64,000 nucleotides of DNA from the NCBI GenBank assembly GCA_010909165.1, contig MU008208.1, forward strand, positions 215,545 through 279,544, read 5' to 3'. Positions 50,201 to 62,400 of the stretch are shown piece by piece (positions within the stretch are counted from its first letter, which is position 1; each line of letters opens with the position of its first letter). This DNA is from Anthoceros angustus. Taxonomy: Eukaryota > Plantae > Anthocerotophyta. The notes beneath the pieces are model-generated. The model was not told where the DNA came from. It ran no database searches and worked only from the letters and a program-made list of their open reading frames with translations. The position numbers were made by a program, and so were the translations under genes.

Positions 50201-50398
50201 GACATTGGGAAGAGAGAACGCGCTTTGGATGGGCTTCCTCCAAAGCAAAGATAGCAAATTCCTAGGTGTTCGAGGAACACCTCGCGGGACATTTGGCGAC
50301 GACACATGTCGACGTTTTCGTCTGCTGTCTGCAAGAGCAATGTCCGAATAGTCAACCGGGATCACACCATATGGATTTTCAAACCGCACATCATCCAT
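47279..50398 (-). CDS. Sola-like DDD transposase, E2 copy (GT-AG intron 48870-49371; 3' part duplicated at ~45550-46918)
   Basis: KPCCNN, LWRSNFP...RFSTCSL, LLSIDGMDQKKT, LYLQLDNTCRENKN, FLLVGHTHDQIDRMFS. The acidic triad and the 4-bp TSD fit Sola-like elements. Confidence 0.8.
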
Positions 50399-51339
50399 TA
50401 TAATCCGAAGGGAAGAAATCTAACCTTCATCATCTCTACAGTCTTCTGCAATGGCAAAATGCACACGACGGGTTGCGACAGATGTCGGTGATGTGGCCTT
50501 TCGCATAGCCTCTTCCTTCTCTTGTTTTCGTGAAGCACGGACATTGGGAAGGCAAGTGTTGATCCCAAAGATGATCCCGATGAACCCAATCGAAAACAAC
50601 AAACTTAGAATCCTAAAACAAACTCAAGGAAAGGAAAATCGGTGAAGAAGAACTCAAACCTCTTCTCCTTAGGGTGTGGGTGAGGCAACATTGTATGCCC
50701 TCGCTGCTCGAAGAACCTTGATTGAGAGCGCCACTGTCATGGAGAGGCGAGGAAGGCGCACAAAGAGACCTGTGAGCGAGGAGAATGGTCAAGGAAGGTG
50801 CATGCGAATGGCGGTGTGTGCCTTAGAAGGCATATCGCAAAGATAGGAAGGACATTATTTTTTCTCCTGCTACGACATCATGATGGACTATCAGTGAGAG
50901 GTATCCAACGGTGGATCGCGCCGTCATGCCTTTTTATGGTCGACAATTATGGTGCCCCGGCCAGCCGTCACGGAAGTCAATGTGATTATGGATAGACAGG
51001 AGTTTATATTAGGGCATAGCGAAATATGGTGTAACGAGGTATTTGAAGTACGTTTTTGGTCTATAAATGCCTGGGGGCAAGGGAACCCTAATTACAACCC
51101 TCTTTCTCTTGCCAGTTCGCGTGACGGTGTGGCGGTCTGGGGCGTATTTCCAGTCCAGGAGAAGTAACGAGGCGAGAGCATACGCGGTGTTGCTCGAGTT
51201 GGAGCACAATTGCGGTTGAATTCGCTTTCCCTTCGCCACGCGAGAGAATTCAGCATCATGGGCCGAGCGGAGAGAGGCAGATCAATCGGCGTTTTTAAAA
51301 GTTCGGCCCTCTTCATGTGATCGCATCACCTTCCTTCCA

Positions 51340-54300
51340 TTTTCAAGTGTTGACGCTTTCTCGCCCGCCAGGCCGACAGCTTGGGTTTGCTAATTGAAGA
51401 TGGCGGGAGGCGAGCAAGAAGGACTGGCAGGTGTGGCCGACCCACCAGCGCCGCACGCGTAAAAAAAGGCGAACAAGGCGAAAGACTAACACCGCAAGAA
51501 GGAGGCGCCACCAGGCCGAGTGCATGGCAATGGGAGCGCACTGCACATCCGGAGGTGTGGGAGGGCATAAAGCATCTGGGAGGCAAAATTGGGAGCATGT
51601 CTTGGGGAAGACAAGCCAAAAGCAGCTGCAAGGCTGGGAAGGAGGCACCAAAAGTTCAAAGCATGTGGGGCCACCTCCAATTCCATCACCTTCGCTACGA
51701 GGAAACCGTGCACATCCGCAGATCGGGTGGCCGATGATTTGATTTTGCGAAGGATTGGATGCTCGTCCGGGATCCGCATCCGAAGAGAAACAGCAGATGG
51801 ACGCCTTCTGAAACTACGGATAATGGGGTACAGGGGCTTTGCCCAATCAAAGAGCAAGAGGGATGGGTAACTGGGCAACAATGGATATGAATGAGGGGAG
51901 CCGAGTTTACGTTGTTTTGCACCACCGGGCCATATGAGTTTGACGCATGATCCAGACCGATATTTCTGGTCTTATGTTCTCGACCTCGGAGGGTTCAATG
52001 CCAAGAAAATGTGCACCTCGCTCACTAGTCGAAGAGTTCCGCGAGTGCATGCGAACACACCGTAAGTTGGAACAAACAACCGCCTTTTCAAAACCATGAG
52101 ACTTGGATGATCGACGTGATTTTGCTTTTCTTTCCACCCACCTTAGTGAATGGCCCTCAGGGCTATTTGGGAAGATTACGAGCGATTGTGGATCAGGAGA
52201 GAGCTTTCAATGAGAAGGGTGAGAGCAGCCCATCAAAGAATGCGAAGAGGCAGAGTCCGAGCCCCGGATCCCAAAGTGAACTTGGGCCTCGATGAGGAAG
52301 ATGGCCCCATTCCGACGTGCTCGGGCATTCGGAGGAAGAAGTGTCGGGGGCATGAGGAAAGGCGAGATGCATATGCGCAAGCTGGCATTGCATGGGCGCC
52401 AATGGTTGTCCCAACCATGGCCTAGATCAGATCCCGGCCACCGGCGCCTGTGTGTTGAAGGGTGGAGGCAACTTGCCACTCAACAAGGAGATGGGGGGGG
52501 CGCGGCCGGCGCCTGGAAGAGCTTCACCGAGCCCTTCCACCGGACCGCGGTGGAAGAATCGATATTGGATCCCGAGAGGAAGAGGGTGGTGTGGAGGAGG
52601 GGTTGAGCGATGAAGAAGAGGAGGCGCCGGCCGGCGCCTCGAGTCGGAGATGATGACCAAGGTCGGGGAAAGCGCCGCCAATTTGGATTCCATGCGGGGA
52701 AACTACATAGGCGCAGGAGGCGGAGGAAGAAAAAAGCGAAGAAAATGGCAGCACAGAGGATCGTTGAGTCATTCCACCGTCATATTTCGACAGATGAAGA
52801 ACGTCGAGAAGACGCAATCCGGGATGCAGACCCCCTCTCTCGCCTGAGGGATTCAGCTTACGCGAAGAAGGTTGTCGTGGAAACAGTGTTGGTCAAATTG
52901 GAGAACTTAAGACCAGCCTCGCACATAACGCCGGATGCGCAGATTCGCAGGGTTGATGAGGCATGGGCCAATTATTTGGCTCGGGTTATTTCAAGGGAGG
53001 ATAGAGGAGGGTGTATTGCCACTCTTATGTATGATAGATCCAAGTGAGTGCGCTGACCTCAGCAAGCTGGACTGGAAGCGATGGCGGGCGAAAAAATACG
53101 TTATGGGGGTTCTTGGAGGGAACCATACTTATGCAGCCATGAAACATCTATGTGATATCTCACCAGGGAAGAAGAGGTTCCAATATGTGGAAGCACATGT
53201 CTATTGTGGGCTTACTGTACCAGAAATGCGAGTGCTTGCCACGGATCACAATACCATGTCGGACAAAAGGAAGAAGATGAACTTCATTGAGCAGGTCCGG
53301 TACTTACGAGATGAGCTGATTGCAACGCGAAGGAGCAGATGACCATGGCATGGAAGTACAATGCAAAGTGCTTGGGATTGATTGAGGATGATGAAGGCGC
53401 GAAGGCGATGTCTACAAGCGTAACAAAGTAGACAATCGCACACATTTTATGCATCGCCAAGCAGGAGGGAAAGGTGTGGGACAATGTGGACTTGATTTTT
53501 TCAAAGTGGGAGGCTGGAGAGCTACCGGAACAGAAGAAGCATTTACCAGCGGGGATAAGCAAGAAAGGGAAAGGGAAGCGGAAGGTGGCTGACGAGCAGA
53601 AGCAAGTGGACACAGTATACGTAAAGCCGAAGGACATGTTGGCAAAGCCATGGAAATCCTTCCAAGGAATACCAGCTGGAGAGTGCGGGCAGAAAATTCT
53701 GGTGACAGCTACAGAAAAAGTTTTAACTGGACTTATTGATTTGAAGGGCATGGATGAGGAGATCACTTTGCGGAAGAAGTTCCATGTCATACAAGTTGCG
53801 ATGGTGAAACACCTGGGGTGCTCATCATTCGAGGAGGTGCGAAAAGAATATCCGCTGCATTCGACTGACCAGATGTTGTCCCGCTTTCAAACCGCTTTGC
53901 TGGAAAGGTTAGTTTCTGCCCATGTGTGTTCGAAAAGTGGGCGGCGCCGGCCGCCTCCTCTTTCTTTCTTTGGACTAACATCATGTGTTTGGCAAAGAAT
54001 CGAAGGATATTGAGGTCCTTTCCAAACTTCCGATGTCTTCCAACATTTCATTTTGAAGTAATAATTGGAAAGGACTGGAGGACGAGCAGCGTGCTCTGGC
54101 AGACAAGGACCTTGAGGAAGGATTGGAGGTCTTCAATGTTCCATCCTCGGACAAACAAGTACAATACCAAGTGGAAGCGAGATGTTAGACATGCGAGGAT
54201 TCGAGAGGACACACTGGTGATGGACGTTCCAAGGGGTTTCAAATTGGGCCCTTGGACAAACGAGTTGACAAGCGATGATGGACACTGCTTTGCGAGCTTT

Positions 54301-55112
54301 GCGGAGAAAACTACTCGGATGAGTTGAGAATGATTGTCATGCATGGTGTGGAGGAGGCTCACACCGTGAGGGAGTGCAAAGTGGAGCAAGAAAGGGGCTT
54401 GGTCTCATTTGTATGGGACAAGACCAACATGAACAATGATGGGTGGGTTGAAACCGTGGAATATGTCACGGTGGGTGGGGCATGAAAGATGGGTTCTGGG
54501 ATAGAGTTCCAATGATGCCTAATGCCATGCACGGCACTTTCAACAATGGGAGGTCCGTGATCGCACACGATACTTGCCAGAAGAAACAGGTGTACATGTC
54601 CCAAGACAAGCTGGTGGTTTGCCCATACCAGAGGCCTCTGGGGCTTATGATGAAACTTATCAGAACCTTCTCGCGAGAGGGGGATTGGATTTTGGATGTA
54701 TGCTCCGGGAGTGGGACAACGTTATTGGCTTCCCTACTATGCGGACGGAATTGTATTGCTGTTGAAGCTGACTTGAGGTGTGCAGGATACATTCCACAGG
54801 ATTGCTGGGCATGAGGTTCTGCCTGATGCTGAAGAAGAGCTGACGTTTGACGCCCACCGCAGAGGACTTGCGCAGTTCTGGGCAAAGGAGGTGTGTATCA
54901 GCGAGAAGGACTCCCTGCAAGCGCAGGTTGTTTCCTTAAACGCAAGGCGGCTGAAGACCAAAACTGGTGATCTTTTGGCAGAGGGACAGCAAACTTTGGA
55001 TAGTGTTTGGCAGCCTTCCACGACCCCTGACGACGACGCCACAGGAGTACAGGAAGACACAAGGGCGATGGGGGAGAACGATAGCTTCGATGAAGAGGAA
55101 GTGGAGCGCTAA
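51340..55112 (+). CDS. ParB/Srx-domain + beta-class N6A/N4C DNA methyltransferase fusion, E2 copy (multi-exon, frameshifted in this assembly)
   Basis: QIRRVDEAWANYL...VLGGNHTYAAM (GGNH at 53115-53126), VMDVPRGF (DVPR at 54223-54234), PYQRPLGLMMKLIRTFSREGDWILDVCSGSGTTLLASLLCGRNCIAVEAD (motifs X-I-II). Intron ~53908-53997 with an ACTAAC branch site; upstream donor GTAAGT near 52062. The 5' end is approximate. Confidence 0.8.
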
Positions 55113-56174
55113 ATCGCTATTGTGATGGATTCGAGTTTTCTACCGGCGAGTCCCAAGTTAGCCCTAGGGAATAGGCTTAGTGTTCTCATGTCATGTGCAT
55201 CTGCTGCATCGTTTAGATCGCAATCATCTATGGACCCGTTGCATTGAGGCAATTGATGTCTTCTGTTTTGCTTGTTCCAAAGAAACAATGAAAAGGCGCC
55301 GGCCGGCCGGCGCCCTCTCGCCGTTTTGATGTCTTTGTTGCGCGAATACGGTTTTCCTCAATACGAACGTGTTGGAACATGGTCGACCTTTCTTTAAAAA
55401 GAGCCAAAACGCATATTTCGGGACTGTGTGGAATGTGCTAAGAGGGTTTTCATTTCACGGAAGGGGGTTCGGATATTCACCCCCTTCACAAGATATCGTG
55501 TTCAAGGCGCCCTCTAACTCTCCCTCTATAGCAGCTGCACCACTTGCACTGCTCCGAAAATTCACCAACTCCCGACCTACAACGACACAACACAACTTTA
55601 GGCAATGCCTCAGCGGAAAGGAGTCCACCACAGGCGCCCACGGACCCCTTGACCCACGCCGCGATTTTGTCCCCACCTCTAAGACTAACTCCTCTAACAA
55701 TTTGAGCACCTTTTTGTTACAGATTTGGGATTCGTCCCTTAGGCTCTGCTTTTGGCCTTCCACTATTACCTACACTCTAATCCTCTACTCATCATCCTCT
55801 TCAACGCTCAACTTAACTCCTCGTCCTCCGCCTACTCTAACTTCACTTCAAGCTCAGTGGCCCCACGCCTTTCTGGCTGCACAGGGTCCGCCTCTAACAA
55901 AAGTTCTTCCTTGGGCGGTTCTTTGAGTTTGACACAGACAGCGAGAACCTCCAGGGAGTCTTTCCCTGTAGTCTACCCTCAAGCTGAGAGTTCCTTGGGC
56001 ATCGCCACACACCCAAAGCAAAGCAATTTCACAACAACCATTCACAAGGGGAGCAACTCATCGAGGTGCCCGCAAGGAGCAAGCCTTCTATCAAGCACTC
56101 CGACCACCGCAAACTTCCTCTCTACCAGAGACTGCGTTAGCTTGCAGCCGGCACAAAATTCCTTTACAAGGAGC

Positions 56175-57500
56175 AACACCATAAATTTTGAAGGGGGGGA
56201 ATATGCTCGATGGGGGTTTTTTGTGAATAACCGCTGAAGAGGGTTGGTGATGGGTCTAAAAGCTGTGGGTTCAGCTATTGTGTGGAAACTAAAGCGAAAA
56301 AAAGGGTCCGGCCCCTGCATCATACGAGTTTTCCGTTGGTACATATGACTGCCGAAGGGTGACCCACTTCCCTAAACCGTTTGTTTCAGCCAAAACAATA
56401 CCCACAATGCACACCTTGTTTGCCGGTCTAGCAATACTGTTACCAGACATTTGCGAATCCAACGCCACCATGGAAGGGTTATGAAATCTCGCGGACAGGT
56501 TCAATCCATCAAACAAAATTATGGGGAAGAAAATTTTGTTTACTCTGCAGGTTTAATGTGTGATCCTTCGCCTATTATCGGTACAGTGGCGGGCGGGGGC
56601 GCGGCTGGCGCCTCACCCCTCACCATGTAGAGCATATGCAACATGTTTGCTATCCACTTGGCCACCAGTTCCTGGAGAATGAAGTGGAACAGGTCACTGT
56701 GGTACGGCATGGCATGTTGCATGAGGGGGCGCCGGCTGGCGGCGCCATGTATCGAAGGGCACATTCCACATGTTTGCTATCCGCATTGTCACCACTTCCT
56801 TAGGAATGAAATAGAACAGGTCCCTGCAGTGGGGGGTCATGTTGCATGCCGTGGTGTTGGAGACAAATACCCTAAACCGCTTAACTCACGCAACATATTC
56901 ACAGGACATAGTCCATCAATATTCAGCCTAAAACAAGTGGTATGTGCAACCGTCATTGCAGCTTCTTCAATTTCAGCTAAAGTTATGCACGAACAGTGAC
57001 AAGAGGAATAGGGGGTGCCGGCCGACCGGTGCCCCAGAGACATCTAACGCAGTTTGGTTGTAAAGGATGGGCATAATCGACACATGAAGTGGGGACCCAC
57101 ATCCATACGACCCCTAATGGCAATGGTTGAGGCTGGTCGTCCTACACTCAACAGCTAGCCGTCCCCCGAGTTCACGCCTTCGTCATCGCTTGGCCCAGCG
57201 TCAACAATATTGTCATCGCTATCCTCTGTGACACTTTGACTAGCTGGCTGTATGAATCCTCGCAATTCGCTCAATTTGTCCTTGATCGCCTTTTTGTCCA
57301 CCGCATACAAATGTTTCCGTGCATTCAAAATAAAACCGTAATAAAGGATGACAGTATCATTCACATAGACCGCCTGTATGTTTTTGGGATAAAGTACCTT
57401 ATTACCTTTTTTTCCCCAGTGCCCGTCCATCTTGGTTACCTCTTCCTCGTAGTATATATTCCTCCACATACCTGCCTTCGATTTCTCGTCTGAAAACTGG
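56175..57500 (-). mobile_element. Truncated third family member E3: one TIR plus the transposase C-terminus
   Basis: AACACCATAAATTTTGAAGGGGGGGAATAT at 56175. ORF 57155..57709 contains RKHLYAVDKKAIKDKLSELRGFIQP, matching the E2 transposase tail (DKKAIKDKLIELRGFIQP). Confidence 0.75.
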
Positions 57501-58033
57501 AGAACGACTTGAGACCACGGATGACCGATTTCCTGACGAGGAGTTGGTTGCCACCACTCGGGTCGACGGAGGAGGACGTGAACATGTGGGAGACGGCCTA
57601 AGGATTGAGCAGGCAAGCTCATCGCCGAAAAAGGGGATAGATGAGCAAGAAGGGAGTGTTGAGCAGGAATAGTTGCAGCACGACGCTCTGGAAATCCAGG
57701 GGAAGACAAGAAGACGCCAGCATGAGCGCAAGGAGGCTAGGGTGCTCTTTAAGGGTGAGCAGCCAGGAGGGCTGCAAGCGGAGGCCATGATAGTGGCAAG
57801 GAGTGATGGAGGGATTGCGAGGAAATCGCAATCTGGAAGGAGGAAAGTGGCACCCAAAGATGGTGTGCTAAGAAAACGTGTGCACCAGAGCTTAAGAGCA
57901 AGGATGGATCGCCGATGACACGTGTGGAGAGAGGCTGTGGAGAAATCACACCTCAAGGTGTATTTGCAGTAGAATCACGAGGGGGGACATCGATCGATTT
58001 TGGGTCGATGGCAGAGGTTGCTGCTGAGAGCCT

Positions 58034-59200
58034 TGTTGGAAATAAAGCCAACATTAGGATAAAGAACTTAGGGTTTCATTAAGTGAACCGTTTTCAGAGT
58101 TTAGTATTTAAACAGTATACACATACAATTTTGTATTCAATTTATTGTTTTGTATCAAGTTTTGTTGCACCAAACTACTCTCCGTAAATTCTCATGGTAT
58201 CAGAGCTCCAAATGCTCTCTACTTGTCTCAAGGCATGATGCCTGGCCAGGGTAGACCTCGTGCAGATCGATGTCAACAAAGGAGACGACGTTGTGGTAGT
58301 ACTAGTAGGCTACATAACACAAACCAAGTTCCTATAGACTACATTACGGATGCATGCGAGGCTAACTACGACATACGGCTAAGGCAGGTGGGTTGATAGA
58401 AATGAGGGCACGGCAAGTTCGAGGCGCGTGCCGAGTGCGGCGATTGAGAACCTACGAAGTAGATTCCCTCTCACAAGGCGGTGCATAGCTAGGAACCGGC
58501 TGATCCTCGTTCTCAACCATTCGTCAAGCGTCTTTGAGGAGGAATCCACAACTTGACCTTATTCCCCAACACACCTAGATTACATCCTATTCTTGTTGGG
58601 AATTACAAACTTTTGATGAAGTCGCAATTATCCAAATCCTGCAGGACAATTAGGTGGTGAGGAGAAACATCTGCGGACGGCCTTGATTCTTTGCTGGAAA
58701 ATCTACTTCCTACAAGAAGCAAGTTGTAAGATTGGTGAAGACAAGCAAAAATCGATGGAGGTTCCCTTAGGGACTTCCTTGAGAAACTCCTCTTCAATCG
58801 GCACATCACGAGAGGTGTCGCTCGCTTTGCAAGTCTGCATCGACACTCAAATTTCAGTGTGAAACATCTCACAGTTCTTTGGAATGATCGTGCGATGGAT
58901 CTTGGCCAAGGATTTTCCACGAATTCTTGCCGGTGACGGAGATTCCATCCTGTGACCACCTTCGGCGAGGCCTGGAGACGCGGTGTGCATCGTCGTGATG
59001 GCTCTTGGCGTAGATTCAAAGCGTCACAATTGCATTCTTGACTCTTGGCACTGCTTGCATCTCTTTGCTTTTGTTTGGTCCATCAGGCGACGTATACATT
59101 CACAAGACTAAAATTATGGTTAGAAACCCTAACTAAAGAACTCAAAGCGATACTTTTGAAAAGTTGTGTCTTTTCTCACACTCACACCTTTTCGCATCCG
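58034..59200 (+). mobile_element. tRNA-iMet-primed LTR retrotransposon remnant (LTR 58034-58194, PBS 58195-58206)
   Basis: TGTTGG...CTCA followed immediately by TGGTATCAGAGC. Downstream coding sequence is degenerate and the right boundary is approximate. Confidence 0.7.
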
Positions 59201-59455
59201 GAAGTCGGATCACGGGAGCTAACTGTTGGGGGAATCGATATCCATCCCCTCGGCTGTCCCCTCAACTAGCCCCTGGACACGCATCGTTAGTATCACATGA
59301 GTATCATTTAGGATTAAATACGCCAGCATAACTAACCTAGTTATTTTTCCTTTCAAGCCATAGTTTTGAAAGGGACTTAGCCATTTTACGCATGTCCGAT
59401 ACCTATAACGCACATAGTGCATCTGACATCAGCTTAGGTGCAGCCTTAGATCCCT

Positions 59456-62400
59456 TGTGGAACGTAAAAGTTTGGGCAGCCAGTCCAAACTGGCCAGAGG
59501 ACGAACAAGTTTGATTTTTTTTGGCTAAGACCGATTGAAGAGGAACATGCGAGGAAAACTTCTGAAGATCTTGGAACTAGAGAGAATATTGTTAGGAAGG
59601 CAAGAGGATATCCCAGAGGAAAACGGGTCGAGCGACCCCAGGGCGAGGCGAAGGGCGGTCCAAAGGTTGGTAGGTGGCGAGACTACCACCGTGGGTGCCA
59701 CACTACGCTTGATCTGAGAGGGGCGGACTACATGATGGCCGGAGACTACCGTGGTGACAAATCTCGGCTAAAAGGAAACTTAGAATAAAGGGGATATCCA
59801 CTATATATGCTCATCAATAGGGATAAATATATAGAGTAATTAGCAGAGATTAATTAGGATAGCGGTAGTAGGAAAATAGGTAGTATAGATCAGTTAGGAT
59901 TTTTTGGAATGATGCACAATCTAGGGTTGTGTGGCGGTGGCGATCATCAAGGAAGGCAAAGTGCGTTTGGGCGGCCAACTTCCTCTTCGAGTGGCGACTC
60001 ACTTCCCAAGGCGGGGCTGCGCAAGAAGCCGAAGGAGAAGGCGCCATTGCCGTGGAATGGGCCGAGCGAGGAAGGCGTGGCGAAGGAAGACCCCTAGTGG
60101 GAAAGGAGAAGAGGAGGCGGCAAGCAGGCGCTCAGGCAGAAGCTCTTGAACAGGAAAAGGGACACATTGAAGGGCACATCCGAGGCGAAGTTGGAGTGGG
60201 CGTATGAGGTGAAGGAGGTGAGGTAGAAGGAGGAAAATCGCGACCACTGCCGTGACAGGGCTTAGGGAGAAGAAATCAAGAGGAAAATCGGCGTGACAGG
60301 GAGGCTCAAGGCAGGCTAACGTGTGCTTGTGCCTCGGGTCAAAGTCATTTACTGAGAAAAGGAGTGTTTGGAGGTGAAGCTTGGAGCACCCGCTGAAAAT
60401 TGGGAAGTAATCCTCTTTGCTAGGGCGTGGGAGTAAGGAGGTGCCATGCCTCGGGCTTGGAAAGGCAAGGGAAAGGAGCTGGCAAGGGCTCCTCCTCGCG
60501 AGGAGAAAAGGAAAAGCGGTGGCGCGCAGAGGAGGTGAACTTGTGATGCCCCAATTCACTTGCTTTTGTGGGCAGCAACCCTCGAGATTTGGTTGATTTT
60601 GTGGGCGGAGGAGGAGAACATCCAATTAGGATGGGTGTATGGCCGCCAATGGGCCTACACCAATTTGGAATTGATTGAGGAGTGTTACATCAACCTCCAT
60701 CAATCGGGCATCGCCGCTCTCTGGGAAAGGAATGCTAGAACGGATCCCGTTGGACCGTAAGAAGTATTCGACAGTGTATGGAGGAGGAGAGAGCCTTGGA
60801 ATTGCTCTCCTCGAAAGGTCCAATGGAGGGAAGAGGACAGCCCTCTCGATATCCCAGAGTTCCTTGACATGATGGATGGGGGGAAGGCCGAATGGCTGGG
60901 TGAGGAGCATCAAGGAGGTCAAGTGGAGGCTCTTCGCAAAGATTGTCTGGGGTTGGTAAATTACCAACGCACTTCTTATTTCAGCACCAACTTCCTCCAA
61001 TTTTGTGGAAGATTTCCATGGGAGCCTGGATTGAGGAGTGTTACATCAACCTCCATCAATCGGAAGCGCCGCCGCCACGGAAGGAATGCTAGAACGGATC
61101 CTCGCTGGACCGAGAAGTATTCGACAGTGTATGGAGGCCGGAGGAAGAGCTCGAATTGCTCTCCTCGAAAGGTCCAATGGAGGGAAGAGGACAGCCTCTC
61201 CGATATCCCGCAGAGTTCCTCGACATGATGGATGGAGGAGTGAAGGCCCACGCCAAGAATGGCGGAAGACCGAGAGCATCAAGGAGTCAAGTGGAGGCTC
61301 TTCGCAAAGATTGTGCTGGGGTTGGTAAATTACCAACGCACTTTATTTCAAAGACCACCAACTTCCTCCAATTTTGTGGAAGATTTCCATGGGAGCCAAG
61401 CCGATTGGGGACTATCATGTATGAAGCGTACATACACCATCGAGAAGCTCCTCAAGCCAAATTCGTGGATGAGGAAGGGCCCAAGGCCATGCTACCTCGG
61501 CCTACTTGGTGCATTTATGGGAAAGCAGAGGGACTCCTCACAAGCAAGGAGCTTGAAGATGCGTGGCATCCCTTTGAGGTCATCCACCTCCAGCCGAGTT
61601 TGGAAAGGCCTTTGCCTTTTGCATTGCGGAAGACAGTGGGAGGTCAGACCTCCACAAACATGCTAGAAGCAAGAGGAGAAGGTGCGGAGGCAACAAAGTT
61701 GCCAGAGTGGGAATCCTTTCCCCCACAGGAGCAAGCAAGGGAAAAGGCCGCTGGAGCTCCTCGCGAGGAGAAAAGGAAAGAAAGCGGCGTGCCGAGGGAG
61801 GTGAACTTGTGATGCCCCAATTCACTTGCTTCTTTGGGCGACAACCCTCGAGATTTGGTTGATTTTCGGCGTGAGGAGGAGAACATCCAATTAGGATGGG
61901 TGTATGGATGGGCCTACACCAATTTGGAATTGATTGAGGAGTGTTACATCAACCTCCATCAATCGAGCGACCCTCGCCGCGCTCAGGAAAGGAATGCTAG
62001 AACGGATCCCCATTTGGGTTGGAGTATTCGGCAGTGTATGGAGGCCGGAGGAAGAGCAGGAATTGCTCTCCTCGAAAGGTCAATGGAGGAAGAGGACAGC
62101 CCTCTCGATATCCCGCAGAGTTCCTTGACATGATGGATGGGGAGTGAAGGCCCACGCCAAGAATGGGTGGAAGGCAAAGCATCAAGGAGGTGAAGTGGAG
62201 GCTCTTCGCAAAGATTGTGCTGGGGTTGGTAAATTACCAACGCACTTCTTATTTCAGCACCAACTTCCTCCAATTTTTGTGGAAGATTTCCATGGGAGCC
62301 AAGCCGGATTGGGGAACCATCATGTATGAAGCGTACATACACCATCGAGAGAAGCTCCTCAAGCCGAATTCAGTGGATGAGGAAGGGCCCAGGCCATGCT

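Larger units (their letters stand above)
44711..55502. mobile_element. DNA transposon E2 (same family as E1, opposite orientation)
   Basis: 30-bp TIR AACACGATATCTT(TC/GT)GAAGGGGGTGAATAT, 28/30 identical (44711-44740; 55473-55502). The 4-bp TSD CAAG is at 44707-44710 and 55503-55506. Confidence 0.93.

Noticed and set aside
52200-55112. Bacterial contamination or a prophage ParB-MTase / restriction-modification locus
   Set aside because: The gene has spliceosomal introns, lies within TIRs with a TSD, has a paralog in E1 and is flanked by plant TEs and a plant gene.
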